A DNA stretch of 43,702 nucleotides from Candidatus Thermosaccharophagus tengchongensis (GCA_032161105.1 JAVHTD010000025.1), one strand, 5' to 3'. Positions 20,341 to 32,367 are shown, counted from the first letter of the stretch. The notes: generated by a model from the sequence alone, not told the origin. A program made the numbers and translations.

Positions 20341-20665
20341 GGCAAGGTTTGAGCGAGCGCTCACTGCCAAGGTGGTGAGGCGCTTGAAGCTGCAGGAGTT
20401 GAAGGAAAGGGTCATAGCTGAGTTCGGTGACGGGCTTGAGAGAGCCACGCCGGAACTCGTGGAAAGGTTTGTGGCTCTCGTTCATGCCGAGCTTTCCGAG
20501 CAGATGAGGTGTGGCGAATTCATCGTCGTGGATGAATCATCCAACTCATACCTTGATGTGCTGCGCCAGTTCTTTAGGAGGACGCTTGATATGCCACCCG
20601 AAGATGCGGCAGTGCTCCTCTGGCTGACGGCATTTGAATGGCTATTCAGCACGATTGAGGATTAA
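20327..20665 (+). CDS. hypothetical protein
   Basis: 112-aa ORF overlapping the hpf stop with host-like codon usage; start uncertain. Confidence 0.6.
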   Translation: MNLCKARFERALTAKVVRRLKLQELKERVIAEFGDGLERATPELVERFVALVHAELSEQMRCGEFIVVDESSNSYLDVLRQFFRRTLDMPPEDAAVLLWLTAFEWLFSTIED

Positions 20666-20700
20666 GTGGGGGCGCTCGTTGGCGTAAGTCCTATAGGGTG

Positions 20701-20743
20701 AGTTCGTAGTAAGGCACGAAACGAAAGTGAAGTGCCGTTCAAA
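20701..20743 (+). repeat. GTAG-type REP-like element
   Basis: GTAG-TAA-GGCAC-N14-GTGCC; homologous copies at 43627-43664 and (inverted) 43680-43702. Confidence 0.7.
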
Positions 20744-20824
20744 GGCTGCCGCATCTTTTGTTCGCAAGTTCGTCGGTAAGGGTAACCCGCTTGACACCTC
20801 AATCACGGATGGGGCGGATGAATC

Positions 20825-21583
20825 ATGAGCGGCTTTGTCGTCATTCCGGCCGTTGACATTCTCGGCGGCAAGTGCGTTCGGCTATTGCGCGGCAGCTTCT
20901 CAGAGCAAACCGTGTATGATGAAGACCCGCTCAATGCGGCTTTGCGTTGGGTCAGTGAGGGAGCTGAGTGGCTTCACATTGTTGACCTTGATGGGGCGAG
21001 GGAGGGCACCCCGAAAAACATTGAATCGTTGGTCAGGATACGAAAGTCCGTCTGGTGCGGGATTCAGTTCGGTGGCGGTGTCAGAAGCATTCGTGACATT
21101 GAGATGCTCTTATCGCTCGGCGCTGATAGGGTTGTGCTGGGCACAGCTGCAGTTGAGGATTTCGGGATACTCGAGGAAGCCGTCGGGAGGTGGGGGGAGC
21201 GCATAGCAGTCGCAGTTGATGTGAAGGGAAACAAAGTGGCAGTTCATGGTTGGGTTAAAAGGTCAGAGAAAGAGCCACTGCAGTTGTTGAGTGAGCTTGA
21301 GCGCATAGGCGTTGCGACCGTCATTTACACCGATGTGCTTCGCGATGGGACAATGGCCGGACCGAACTTTGAAGCCATCATGAGAGTGGCTAACGCAACA
21401 TCCCTTTGCTTGATCGCCTCCGGGGGGATATCCGAATTGGGGCACATAATTCGGCTTGCAAGCCTATACCCGAGAGTGTGCGGGTGCATAGTTGGCAGGG
21501 CGCTTTACGAGGGCAAGTTGCGCTACAGCGATGCAGTCGCGGCTGCAAGGGAGGCGATTAAGTCCGACGGTGGTGAAAAGTGA
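20825..21583 (+). CDS. hisA: ProFAR isomerase (HisA)
   Basis: IPAVDILGGKCVRL, LHIVDLDGA, QFGGGVR, YTDVLRDGTMAGPN, IASGGI, GRALYEG. Confidence 0.96.
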   Translation: MSGFVVIPAVDILGGKCVRLLRGSFSEQTVYDEDPLNAALRWVSEGAEWLHIVDLDGAREGTPKNIESLVRIRKSVWCGIQFGGGVRSIRDIEMLLSLGADRVVLGTAAVEDFGILEEAVGRWGERIAVAVDVKGNKVAVHGWVKRSEKEPLQLLSELERIGVATVIYTDVLRDGTMAGPNFEAIMRVANATSLCLIASGGISELGHIIRLASLYPRVCGCIVGRALYEGKLRYSDAVAAAREAIKSDGGEK

Positions 21584-22596
21584 TGCGTGTTGAATGTGTG
21601 AGTTTGCTCGCGTGTATGGTTGCCGCATGCGTGCTCGTTGGCATAGCCGTTTGTGATGAGCCGGTTTTCATAAAGCGCTATTACGGCGTGCCCGAGGTAA
21701 TAGCGCTTGTTGATGGCGAGCCGCTGAAGCGGGAGGATTTCATTGCGAGGTTGATTTGCGACCACGGGGATGAAGTGCTGCGAAGCATGATAACGCTTAT
21801 GCTGATTGAGCAGGAGGCGAAAAGGCGCGGGGTAAGCATCACTGATAAGGATGTGCTTGGGCGGTTTAACGAACTTTTTGAAGCGCTTGAGAAGGGCGAT
21901 GTGGAAAGGCTTACGAGGGCTGGCTTGCCGGCATCGGTAACTCCGATGATGCTTTGGGCTGAAGCGAAGAAGTGCTTGCTGCTTGAGAGGATGCTGCGAG
22001 GCGAGATACGAATTGATGAGGCTGACATACGGAAGCGCTGGTATTCCCCTCATGTTCAAAGGCGCTACAATCCGCCGCCGATGTATGAGGTGCGAGAGAT
22101 CGGCGTTTACACGGCTGAGGAGGCAAACGCAATATGGAATGAGTTGATGCGCGCTCAAAAGGCTCGCCGTGATTTGACGAAAGTGTTTTCCGAGCTCGCC
22201 GCTAAGCACTCAAAGCTTCCCACAGGTCGCCTGATGGGATCAAGGGGTTATCTGTCACTTGACGAATTCCCGCAGGAATATAGGCTCATTCTACAAACCG
22301 CCAAGGCTGGCGAGATATTTCCGCCAATGCAGGTGCTCATTGACGGCGTTAGTTATTGGGTGATCCTTTGGGTGCGTGATATCAAGAAACTGCCAAAGGT
22401 ATCATACGAGGAGGCAAAGCCGGAGATTGAGGCAGAGCTGCTAACTGAGCAACTCGCCCTCAGGTCAAGGGAGTTCATACGGAGTCTATGGGAGAGGGCT
22501 TTGAAGGAGGGCAAGATTAAAGTGATAGCCGAGCCATTGAAGGAGAGCTTTGAAAGGGGTCTTTTGGGCGAGTTAGCCGGCGCAAAGAGGAAGTGA
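21580..22596 (+). CDS. exported SurA/PrsA-like foldase (parvulin-like)
   Basis: Signal peptide, IALVDGEPL, LIEQEAKRRGVSITD, FSELAAKHS...GYL, SYEEAKPEI. Confidence 0.75.
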   Translation: MMRVECVSLLACMVAACVLVGIAVCDEPVFIKRYYGVPEVIALVDGEPLKREDFIARLICDHGDEVLRSMITLMLIEQEAKRRGVSITDKDVLGRFNELFEALEKGDVERLTRAGLPASVTPMMLWAEAKKCLLLERMLRGEIRIDEADIRKRWYSPHVQRRYNPPPMYEVREIGVYTAEEANAIWNELMRAQKARRDLTKVFSELAAKHSKLPTGRLMGSRGYLSLDEFPQEYRLILQTAKAGEIFPPMQVLIDGVSYWVILWVRDIKKLPKVSYEEAKPEIEAELLTEQLALRSREFIRSLWERALKEGKIKVIAEPLKESFERGLLGELAGAKRK

Positions 22597-22701
22597 ATGA
22601 AGGATGCATGAGGGCGTTTTCAATCCCAGCTGTGAGCGTTAAAATTTGTTAGCGCCAAAGGAAACCGAGGGGGCGCAGCGCAACTACAAAGTCAGTGGGA
22701 G

Positions 22702-23901
22702 GTGTTAAGCATGGCGCAGGAGGCAAGGGAGATTGGAGTTGGGCTTGTCGGATACGCTTTCATGGGTAAGGCGCACAGCCAAGCTTGGCGGAATGTGAAG
22801 TATTTCTTCTCGCCGCCGCTCATCCCACGCATGGTCGCAATATGCGGGCGCACAAAGGAAGCCGTTGAACAAGCTGCAAAGCAGTTTGGGTGGGAAGGCT
22901 ATGAGACGGATTGGCGTCAGCTCGTCAGGCGTGACGACATTGAGCTTGTGGATATAGTCACGCCGAATGATTCGCATCATCCGATTGCCGTTGAGGCGGC
23001 GAGCGCAAAGAAGCATGTCTTTTGTGAGAAGCCGCTCGCTCGCAACCTCCAAGAAGCAGAGGAGATGTTGAAGGCTGTTGAGCAGGCTGGTGTCAAGCAT
23101 GCCATATGCTTCAACTACAGGCGGGCACCGGCAGTGCAACTGGCAAAGAAGTTGATAAGCGAGGGGCGGCTCGGTCAGATATACCACTTCCGTGGAACAT
23201 ACCTTCAGGACTGGATTGTTGACCCGTCATTTCCGCTTGTTTGGCGCCTGCAGAAGAGCATAGCCGGCTCCGGTGCGCTCGGTGATTTGGCAGCGCATGT
23301 TATTGACTTGGCTCGCTTCCTCGTTGGCGAGATCGTTGAGGTATGCGGCTTGCTTGAGACATTCATCAAGGAGCGCCCATTGCTTGCGGCGAGGGCTGAG
23401 GGACTTGCAGCGGAAGCTGCTGCTGAGCAGAGGGGCACAGTTGATGTTGATGACTGCTCTTTGGCACTCGTTCGCTTTGAGAACGGTGCTGTGGGTTACA
23501 TTGAGGCGACTCGCTTTGCTCCCGGAAGGAAGAACTACAACAGGTTTGAGATTAACGGGAGCAACGGCTCCGTCGTATTCAACCTTGAGCGCATGAACGA
23601 GCTTGAGCTTTACCTGCGTGACGACCCACCGGACATTCACGGTTTCAGGACGATCATGGTCACCGAGCCCGAGCATCACGCATACATTAAGGCATGGTGG
23701 CCGCCGGGGCACATCATCGGTTACGAGCATACATTCACTCACACCGTTTATGATTTGCTTTGCGCCATCGCCGAGGATAGGCTTCCAGAGCCCAACTTCT
23801 ACGACGGCGTGCAGTGCCAGAGGGTGCTTGATGCCATTGAGCGTTCGGCTAATGAGAGGACATGGGTCAAAGTGGAGATACTTCCGGAGTTCAAGAAGTA
23901 G
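22702..23901 (+). CDS. Gfo/Idh/MocA family oxidoreductase
   Basis: [43 protein letters not shown]. Confidence 0.93.
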   Translation: MLSMAQEAREIGVGLVGYAFMGKAHSQAWRNVKYFFSPPLIPRMVAICGRTKEAVEQAAKQFGWEGYETDWRQLVRRDDIELVDIVTPNDSHHPIAVEAASAKKHVFCEKPLARNLQEAEEMLKAVEQAGVKHAICFNYRRAPAVQLAKKLISEGRLGQIYHFRGTYLQDWIVDPSFPLVWRLQKSIAGSGALGDLAAHVIDLARFLVGEIVEVCGLLETFIKERPLLAARAEGLAAEAAAEQRGTVDVDDCSLALVRFENGAVGYIEATRFAPGRKNYNRFEINGSNGSVVFNLERMNELELYLRDDPPDIHGFRTIMVTEPEHHAYIKAWWPPGHIIGYEHTFTHTVYDLLCAIAEDRLPEPNFYDGVQCQRVLDAIERSANERTWVKVEILPEFKK

Positions 23902-23961
23902 CACGCTGAGCTTTCCTTCGTCGGGTTTGGACGACACGGGGATAAAGGTTAAAGTGGGTGG

Positions 23962-24870
23962 GTGAGAGAAATGAGCGAGTGCAGTGGAAGGGAGGAGCCT
24001 CTTGTCTACATAAACGGAGAATTGGTCCCGAAAAGCGAGGCAAAGATTTCGGTGTTTGATCACGGGTTGCTCTATGGAGATGGCGTGTTTGAGGGGATAA
24101 GGGTATATGGCGGGAAAGTGTTCAGGCTTGATGAGCACATAGACAGGCTTTATGAATCGGCGCATTGTATTTGGCTGAAGATACCGATGACGAAAGAGGA
24201 GATGCGCCAAGCCATATTGCAAACGGTGCGCGCAAATCGCCTCACTGACGCCTACATTCGTGTCGTCGTTACGAGGGGTGTGGGCGACCTCGGACTTGAC
24301 CCGTGGAAGTGTTCCAATCCGAGCATCATCATCATCGCCGATAGAATAGAGCTCTTCCCGAGCCAGCTTTACGAGAACGGAATTGAAGCTGTCATTGTCT
24401 CAACGAGGCGCAACTCCCCTCAGGCGCTCAACCCGGCAATAAAGTCGCTCAACTACCTCAATAACATCCTTGCGAAGATAGAGGCGAAGAGCGCCGGGAA
24501 GCAGGAAGCGATAATGCTCACCATTGATGGCTATGTTGCCGAGGGCTCCGGTGAGAACATCTTCATCGTCAAGAATGGCTGCTTGCACACGCCGCCAGTA
24601 TACATGGGGATACTGCGCGGCATAACGAGGGGTGTCGTCCTTGAGCTGGCTTGCAAGCTCAACATACCGGCATATGAGACAGTGTTGACACCGCGTGACT
24701 TATACACAGCCGATGAGTGTTTTCTGACCGGCACCGGGGCTGAGATTGTCCCAATAGTGGCGATTGACGAGCGCACCATAAACGGCGGGAAGCCCGGCCC
24801 TATAACTCGCCAATTGATGAGGGCATTTCGTGAGTTGACCATGACCGAAGGGACACCAGTTTACGAGTGA
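23962..24870 (+). CDS. ilvE: branched-chain amino acid aminotransferase
   Basis: [50 protein letters not shown]. Confidence 0.95.
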   Translation: MREMSECSGREEPLVYINGELVPKSEAKISVFDHGLLYGDGVFEGIRVYGGKVFRLDEHIDRLYESAHCIWLKIPMTKEEMRQAILQTVRANRLTDAYIRVVVTRGVGDLGLDPWKCSNPSIIIIADRIELFPSQLYENGIEAVIVSTRRNSPQALNPAIKSLNYLNNILAKIEAKSAGKQEAIMLTIDGYVAEGSGENIFIVKNGCLHTPPVYMGILRGITRGVVLELACKLNIPAYETVLTPRDLYTADECFLTGTGAEIVPIVAIDERTINGGKPGPITRQLMRAFRELTMTEGTPVYE

Positions 24871-25032
24871 TGGCGACAGTGGATGCCAGTTTACGGGGTG
24901 ATGGGTTGGTGGTAGAATGAGCTAATGAAGCTGGTTAGAGGTGGCGAAGGGGCGAATGAAAAGTTTGGTCGGAAGAGGGCGTCATAATAAATGAGTGGTG
25001 CAATATCAGCAGTTGATTTGGGAGAGATTGTT

Positions 25033-27514
25033 CATGGTGGACAGATATACCGAGAAGGCGAAGCGAGTGTTACTTGAAGCGCAAGACTTGGCATCTCGCT
25101 TGCGTTCGCCCCATGTTCAACCCGAGCATATATTGCTTGCCTTGGTCAGGCAATCGGATGGGATTGCCGCACAGATACTTGAGCGCCTCGGCGTAGACCT
25201 TGAGCAGCTGCAGATGGACATTGAGAAGGAGTTGAGTGCCACAGCTGGCAGGTTAACCACAGCTGAGCCGACATTAACTCCCGCATCAAAGCGCGTGCTC
25301 CTGCTCGCCGCTGATGAGGCTAAATCGCTCGGCGACAAGCATATTGGCACCGAACATTTACTCCTCGGGTTGCTGCGCGATAGGCATGGGACTCCAGCAA
25401 GGTTGCTGATGCAACATGGGGTGCGCTTTGAAGATGTCAAGCGCAAGATTTACGACCAGCGAGGTGAGGCGATGGGCGAAACAAAAAGGCAGTTTAGGAA
25501 GCGAACTAATACGCCGGCTCTTGATGCCTTCAGCAGGGACTTAACACAGCTCAGCGCCGAGGGGCAGCTTGATCCTGTCATAGGCAGGGAGAGCGAGATT
25601 GAGCGCGTGATTCAGATACTGAGCAGGCGGACGAAGAATAACCCAGTCCTTGTTGGTGATGCCGGCGTTGGTAAGACAGCAATTGTTGAGGGGCTTGCTC
25701 AAAGGATCGTCCAAAGGGAAGTGCCAGAGCCATTGCTTGGAAAGAGGGTTGTGGCGCTTGACTTGGCTGCCATAGTTGCCGGAACGAAGTATAGGGGAGA
25801 GTTTGAAGAGCGCATGAAGCGCATCATGAGCGAGATAAAGCAAGCTCAGGGTGAGATCATCCTGTTCATTGACGAGCTGCACACGATTGTCGGTGCAGGA
25901 GCTGCCGAGGGCGCCATTGATGCATCAAACATCTTGAAGCCAGCCCTTGCCCGCGGGGAGTTGCGTTGCATAGGTGCAACTACACTTGAGGAGTATCGCC
26001 GATACATTGAAAAGCATCCGGCGCTTGAGAGGCGTTTTCAACCCGTGTTTGTTTCGGAGCCAACAGTTGAGCAGACGATTGAGATCCTTAGGGGATTGCG
26101 CCCAACCTATGAGAACTTCCACGGCGTCAAGATATCGGATGAGGCAATAGTTATGGCAGCGCGCCTGTCGCATCGCTATATCCCCGATAGGAGGCTGCCA
26201 GATAAGGCAATTGATGTAATTGATGAGGCGGCTTCAAGGGTCAAGTTGCGCATTTGCATGCCGCCCCCTCACATAAGGGAGCTTCAAAGGGAGCTTGACA
26301 GAATCAACACCGAGAAGGAGAGGGCTGTAAGCGAGCAGGACTTTGACAGGGCGAGCAAGTTGAGAGATGAAGCAGTAAGGTTGCTTGAGAAGCTGCACCA
26401 GCTTGAAGAGGAATGGCAGATGAGTGTGCAGGATCAGCAGCCGGTTGTCACGGAAGAGGATGTTGCGCACATCGTATCGGAGTGGACTGGCATACCAGTT
26501 AGGCGTCTGACCGAGGATGAGACACAGCGCCTCTTGCATTTGGAGGAGTTCCTCAAGGAGAGGGTCGTTGGACAGGATCACGCAATTGAACTTGTAGCGC
26601 GAGCCATACGAAGGGCACGCGCTGGTTTGAAAGACCCGAGGCGTCCAACTGGCTGTTTTGTCTTTCTCGGACCGACTGGTGTTGGAAAGACGCTCCTTGC
26701 AAGGGTGCTCGCTGAATTCCTGTTTGGCACTGAGGACGCGCTCATACGCATTGATATGTCCGAGTATACCGAGAAGCATACGGTTTCAAGGCTCGTTGGG
26801 GCTCCCCCCGGTTATGTGGGGTATGAAGAGGGCGGGCAATTGACGGAGAGGGTGAGACGAAGACCATTCAGCGTTGTGCTGTTTGATGAGTTTGATAGGG
26901 CACATCCGGAGGTAACCAACATCCTGCTTCAAATCATGGATGAGGGCAGGTTGACGGATGCACAAGGGCGGACAGTTGATTTCAGGAACACGATCATCAT
27001 CATGACATCCAACATCGGTTATCGCGGCTTCAGCAAGGAGATACAGGAATCGGGCATAGGCTTCAGGCGTGAGGAGAGCGAGAGCGAAAGGGTTAGAACT
27101 GTCTTCAAGGAGATGGAGCGGAGGATGCTCCAGCTCTATGAGGAACGCTTCACGCCAGAGTTTAGAAACAGGGTTGATGAGGTAGTCGTCTTCAGACCGT
27201 TGCAGAGGGAGCATGTCCTCAAAATCGTTGACATTGAGTTGCGCCCATTTATCGCTGAGTTGCAGAACCGACGCATCACACTTGAGCTCACGCAAGCTGC
27301 GAGGGAAAGACTGGTAGACCTCGGGTTTGATAAGTATCACGGTGCGAGACCTCTTAGAAGGGCAATTCAGACGCATGTCATTGACTTACTCTCGGATGAA
27401 ATACTGCTCGGGCGGATCAAAGAGGGCGATCATGTGATCGTGGATTATGTCAATGGAGAGTTTGTGGCAGAGGTAAAAGAGCGGGAATTGGTCGGAGCTG
27501 CTGAGCGGCAGTGA
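25033..27514 (+). CDS. clpC: ATP-dependent Clp protease ATPase ClpC
   Basis: Two Clp-N repeats, GDAGVGKT, short UVR-type M domain, [20 protein letters not shown] ClpP-docking loop; ATG 25033 preferred over GTG 24995. Confidence 0.95.
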
Positions 27515-27550
27515 GAGACATCTGAGACATCTTCCGTTGCGACCCGTTGT

Positions 27551-27590
27551 GGCGGGGCAACTTTGCCGTTGCCCCGTCTTTCGCTTTTGG
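27551..27590 (+). terminator. intrinsic terminator between convergent clpC and histidine kinase
   Basis: GGCGGGGCAAC/GTTGCCCCGTC stem followed by TTTCGCTTTT. Confidence 0.75.
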
Positions 27591-27599
27591 ATGCGCCCT

Positions 27600-29039
27600 C
27601 TAAGCTGACATGTGTGGTTTTTGTGCGGTGTGCTTGACCCTCGGTAAAGTGATCGTGAATGTGCTTCCCTTACCAAGTTGGCTTTCAACGGTTATCGTTC
27701 CGCCATGTGCCTCAGCAAGCCTCTTTGCGATAGCCAATCCAAGCCCCATGCTGCTTGTGCCAATTCTCTCCCGCCCAGCGCGTGAGAACGGCAGAAATAT
27801 TTTTGGGATGTCCTCGGGTGAGATGCCCACACCGGTATCGCTGACTTCCAGAACCGCGAAGTCGCCAGCTTGATGAACTTTCACAGTGACTTCTCCACCT
27901 TGCATGGTATACTTAATGGCGTTGTCAATGAGGTTTGACAGCATGCGCGTGAGCGCTTCCCTGTCGGCATCCACCAAAACTGGTTCGCTTGGGAGGAGTG
28001 ATTTGAGCGAAATCCCTTTGTCCATCGCTGCCCCAAGATATGCTGCAATGCATTCATTTGCAACATCGCGCACATCAATGGTTTCAATGCGGAGGGAGAG
28101 CGATGTGGGGAGCGACTTTGCAGCCCCAACAAGCCTCTCTATCATCTCGGAAATCCTGTCGCTTTGATGCAGGATGAGTTCCACAGCCCTTGATTGGTCC
28201 CTGTTGATCTCCCCAAAGGTGCCGCGCAGCAATGAGGAGGCAAAACCCTTAATCGCGGTTAGCGGTGAACGAATGTCATGTGAGAGCGAGAGAATAAAAT
28301 CCATCCGAAGCTGATCAAGTTGCTTCAGCTCTGTCACATCCCTCAATATTGCAACGGCACCAAGTTGAACTTCCTCAGCGCCATACACCGGTGCCACAAT
28401 GACATTGAGGTAGCTCCCGTCTTCACGCCTGATTTCGCGCGAGATGATCAGTTTGCCCTCGCCCAAGACTCGCTCAATAGCCTCAACCATGGGCTTCAAG
28501 CTTTCATGTGTGAGGGCTTGAGCGACATGCATTGTCGCATCGTCTGTAAGCCTCAGTCCGAGCAGGTTTATGGCAGCTGAGTTTAGCAGCACTACCTCAC
28601 CGCTGATGTCCACGACAACCACGCCGATCGGCATGCTTTGGATAATTGACTTGAGCTTGCTTCGCTCCAGTTTGATCTCCCTGAGTCCCGCCCTCTGTAT
28701 CTCCTCAATCGTTGATTGCAGTTCCGATAGGTAGTCCGATAGGATGCTCCTCGCTGAGGCATATGATGTAACGAACTTCTCAACAATTGGGGCAAGCTCC
28801 GGTGACGGCGCATATTGGTAGATTGCATCCTCGCCCTCACCAATGCGTTGGAGCAATCCGGCATTGACCAATTCCTCAACGGCAGCACGGACATCAGATT
28901 CGCGCCTGTTCATCCAGTTGGCGAGCCCATGGCATGTGTCCACAATGCGGTTCTCATGTAAGAGCCATATAAGCTCCTTCTTCAGGGGCGTGTTCGCTAT
29001 ATGCCTGATAAACAAGTTCACATCACTCAGCGCCGTCAC
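27600..29039 (-). CDS. soluble PAS histidine kinase with N-terminal winged-helix-like domain
   Basis: H-box SHDIRSPL, N-box [25 protein letters not shown] ([13 protein letters not shown]...LRDVTE); no TM segment. Confidence 0.9.
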   Translation of the reverse strand: MTALSDVNLFIRHIANTPLKKELIWLLHENRIVDTCHGLANWMNRRESDVRAAVEELVNAGLLQRIGEGEDAIYQYAPSPELAPIVEKFVTSYASARSILSDYLSELQSTIEEIQRAGLREIKLERSKLKSIIQSMPIGVVVVDISGEVVLLNSAAINLLGLRLTDDATMHVAQALTHESLKPMVEAIERVLGEGKLIISREIRREDGSYLNVIVAPVYGAEEVQLGAVAILRDVTELKQLDQLRMDFILSLSHDIRSPLTAIKGFASSLLRGTFGEINRDQSRAVELILHQSDRISEMIERLVGAAKSLPTSLSLRIETIDVRDVANECIAAYLGAAMDKGISLKSLLPSEPVLVDADREALTRMLSNLIDNAIKYTMQGGEVTVKVHQAGDFAVLEVSDTGVGISPEDIPKIFLPFSRAGRERIGTSSMGLGLAIAKRLAEAHGGTITVESQLGKGSTFTITLPRVKHTAQKPHMSA

Positions 29040-29116
29040 CGAGCTTCACCCCTGAGCACGCTTTTATCCCATCCCCGAAACTCGTCCATTTTCGGTTAAC
29101 AGCTCGGATAAGTCAG

Positions 29117-29956
29117 CTAATTGCTTTCACTCTGCTCTGGCATGGCTTCTTCTATAACCTTCGGACGGCGCCCCTTCACCATGCCCTCATAATCAATCCC
29201 AGCAGCCTCAACTGCTGCACGCCAGCTGCCGAAGTATCTCTTTGACTGAGCGCTTGCGAGGAGGGATGGATATTCCTTCTGGATAACGCTGATGCGCAGG
29301 TCCTTTCCCTCGTTGTAGAGCCGCTTGATCTCCTCAATGATTTGCTCCTTAGTCCACTTGCGCCTCTTAACTATGTCGCTGTAGCTTAACCCGGCAGCTT
29401 CAATTGCTTTTTGCCAGCTGCCGAAGCGATGCCTCGCTCTTCGGAATAGTTGGGGATGCGTTTTCCATGCGCTGCTTATCTCGTTCAACTTGCCCTCGTT
29501 ATATAAGCGCCTTATCTCATCAATGATGCCCTGCTTGATTTGCTCAAGGCTTTGCTCTTGCATCCGCTTAACCATCTCGTCGTAGTTAATTCCGGCGGCT
29601 TCAACAGCGACTCGCCAGCTGCCAAAGTAGCGTGGATCCCTCGCTGCAGTGATCAACCTCGGTGCAATCTTGCTCACTGCTGCCGGGCGCAGGTCTTTGC
29701 CCTCCGAATGCAATCGCTTTATTTCCTCAACTATGCGCTCCTTCGTCCATTTGCGCACTTTCACGATATCATCGTAGTTAAAACCCGCAGCTTCAACTGC
29801 GGCGCGCCAACTCCCGAAGTATTTGCGAGAACATGCAATTGAGGCGAGCGGTGAGAATACCCGCCTTACTGACGCTATGTTAAGTGACTGCCCTTGTTCT
29901 GCGAGCTTGCGTATCTCCTCAATGATCTTTTCCTTTGACCATCGCATGCGCGGCAT
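29117..29956 (-). CDS. protein of four tandem ~63-aa repeats resembling the homing-endonuclease-associated (HNH) repeat
   Basis: Four copies of (W)xKExIxEEIxxL...FGSWxxAxEAAG; ATG at 29956 has a GGAGGTG RBS; no nuclease domain. Confidence 0.85.
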   Translation of the reverse strand: MPRMRWSKEKIIEEIRKLAEQGQSLNIASVRRVFSPLASIACSRKYFGSWRAAVEAAGFNYDDIVKVRKWTKERIVEEIKRLHSEGKDLRPAAVSKIAPRLITAARDPRYFGSWRVAVEAAGINYDEMVKRMQEQSLEQIKQGIIDEIRRLYNEGKLNEISSAWKTHPQLFRRARHRFGSWQKAIEAAGLSYSDIVKRRKWTKEQIIEEIKRLYNEGKDLRISVIQKEYPSLLASAQSKRYFGSWRAAVEAAGIDYEGMVKGRRPKVIEEAMPEQSESN

Positions 29957-30465
29957 AGTGAGACACCTCCATTGAGTTAATGTTGCTCGGATGCTTGCAA
30001 CGTCACATGCGACATCTATAGTGCCAATGGTGGACAACTTGCCAATTGCATTATGACTCACCATTCCGCCAGTGATAACCTAAGCCAAACTCTATCGGTA
30101 GTCAGCTGCGATAGTTGAAGCTACGCTGAATCGGGGGCTCGCCGTGAGGCAGTGAGCTTGAGCTCAGTCAGGGAGTCATGTCACGGATATGTGAGGGAGA
30201 TTTATGTTTGCCCGTCTGACACAAGATGCCCCGAAGGCGGACCAGCAGGAATGAAAATTACTTCCGACGGTAAACTGCGTTGGGGCGTTCGGCAAATGGC
30301 TGCGGTTGGACATCAAAAACCGAATGGCATAGATGGGATGAAGGTAAGGGCAAGTGACATCAGTGGAGTGTTGAAGGCTGTTTTTGAGTTCGGTGGATTT
30401 TGTGGTGCTACCAAATTTTGAAAAGTAACACCAAAACTTTTATGGGCGGTGCGTTGACGCGCTGT

Positions 30466-30645
30466 TTTACATAATGATGAATCGCGCTACAATGAATGAC
30501 GGCACCTTGGAAGCAAAAAGCCGAGCTTGATTGAGGGCGGGGAGGAGGCGGCTTTACAAACTTACGATGCGCGCTATACTTCGTTATGGTTCTTCGGCGA
30601 GGTTGGTTGAGGCTGGGTTTACAAGTGGCGAATGCGTGGCATAAT
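30466..30645 (+). promoter_or_regulatory. three tandem rrn promoters
   Basis: TTTACA-N16-TACAAT (30466-30493), TTTACA-N16-TATACT (30553-30580), TTTACA-N16-CATAAT with extended TG (30618-30645). Confidence 0.7.
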
Positions 30646-30671
30646 TAACATGTGGCTGTGATGAGACCGAA

Positions 30672-30688
30672 CATTGAAAACCAAATAG
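30672..30688 (+). promoter_or_regulatory. boxA-like rrn antitermination element (leader copy)
   Basis: CATTGAAAACCAAATAG; near-identical copy CATTGACAACCAAATAG at 32784-32800 before the 23S gene. Confidence 0.65.
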
Positions 30689-30795
30689 TGCGATGGGGAT
30701 GGAGGCAAGGGTGAGAGTTAAGTGATGGCGTTAGCCTTGTGAGCCGTCTCTGAATTTGGAAAGCATCGCTGACCTCACTTATGTGAGGTCAGCAT

Positions 30796-32367
<1,572 letters not shown>

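Noticed and set aside
20701..20743. CRISPR repeat
   Set aside because: Copies are dispersed and inverted with no spacer array, and there are no cas genes in the window.
23227..24222. 331-aa minus-strand ORF
   Set aside because: Antisense to the oxidoreductase and ilvE.
29117..29956. Active homing endonuclease or mobile element
   Set aside because: No HNH, LAGLIDADG or GIY-YIG catalytic motif, and no intron or IS ends.
29957..30064. N-terminal extension of the repeat protein in the ORF track
   Set aside because: The strong RBS before ATG 29956 and the repeat boundary favour the shorter start.
30152..30421. 89-aa ORF
   Set aside because: No recognisable motifs, and it lies in a probable regulatory or structured region.
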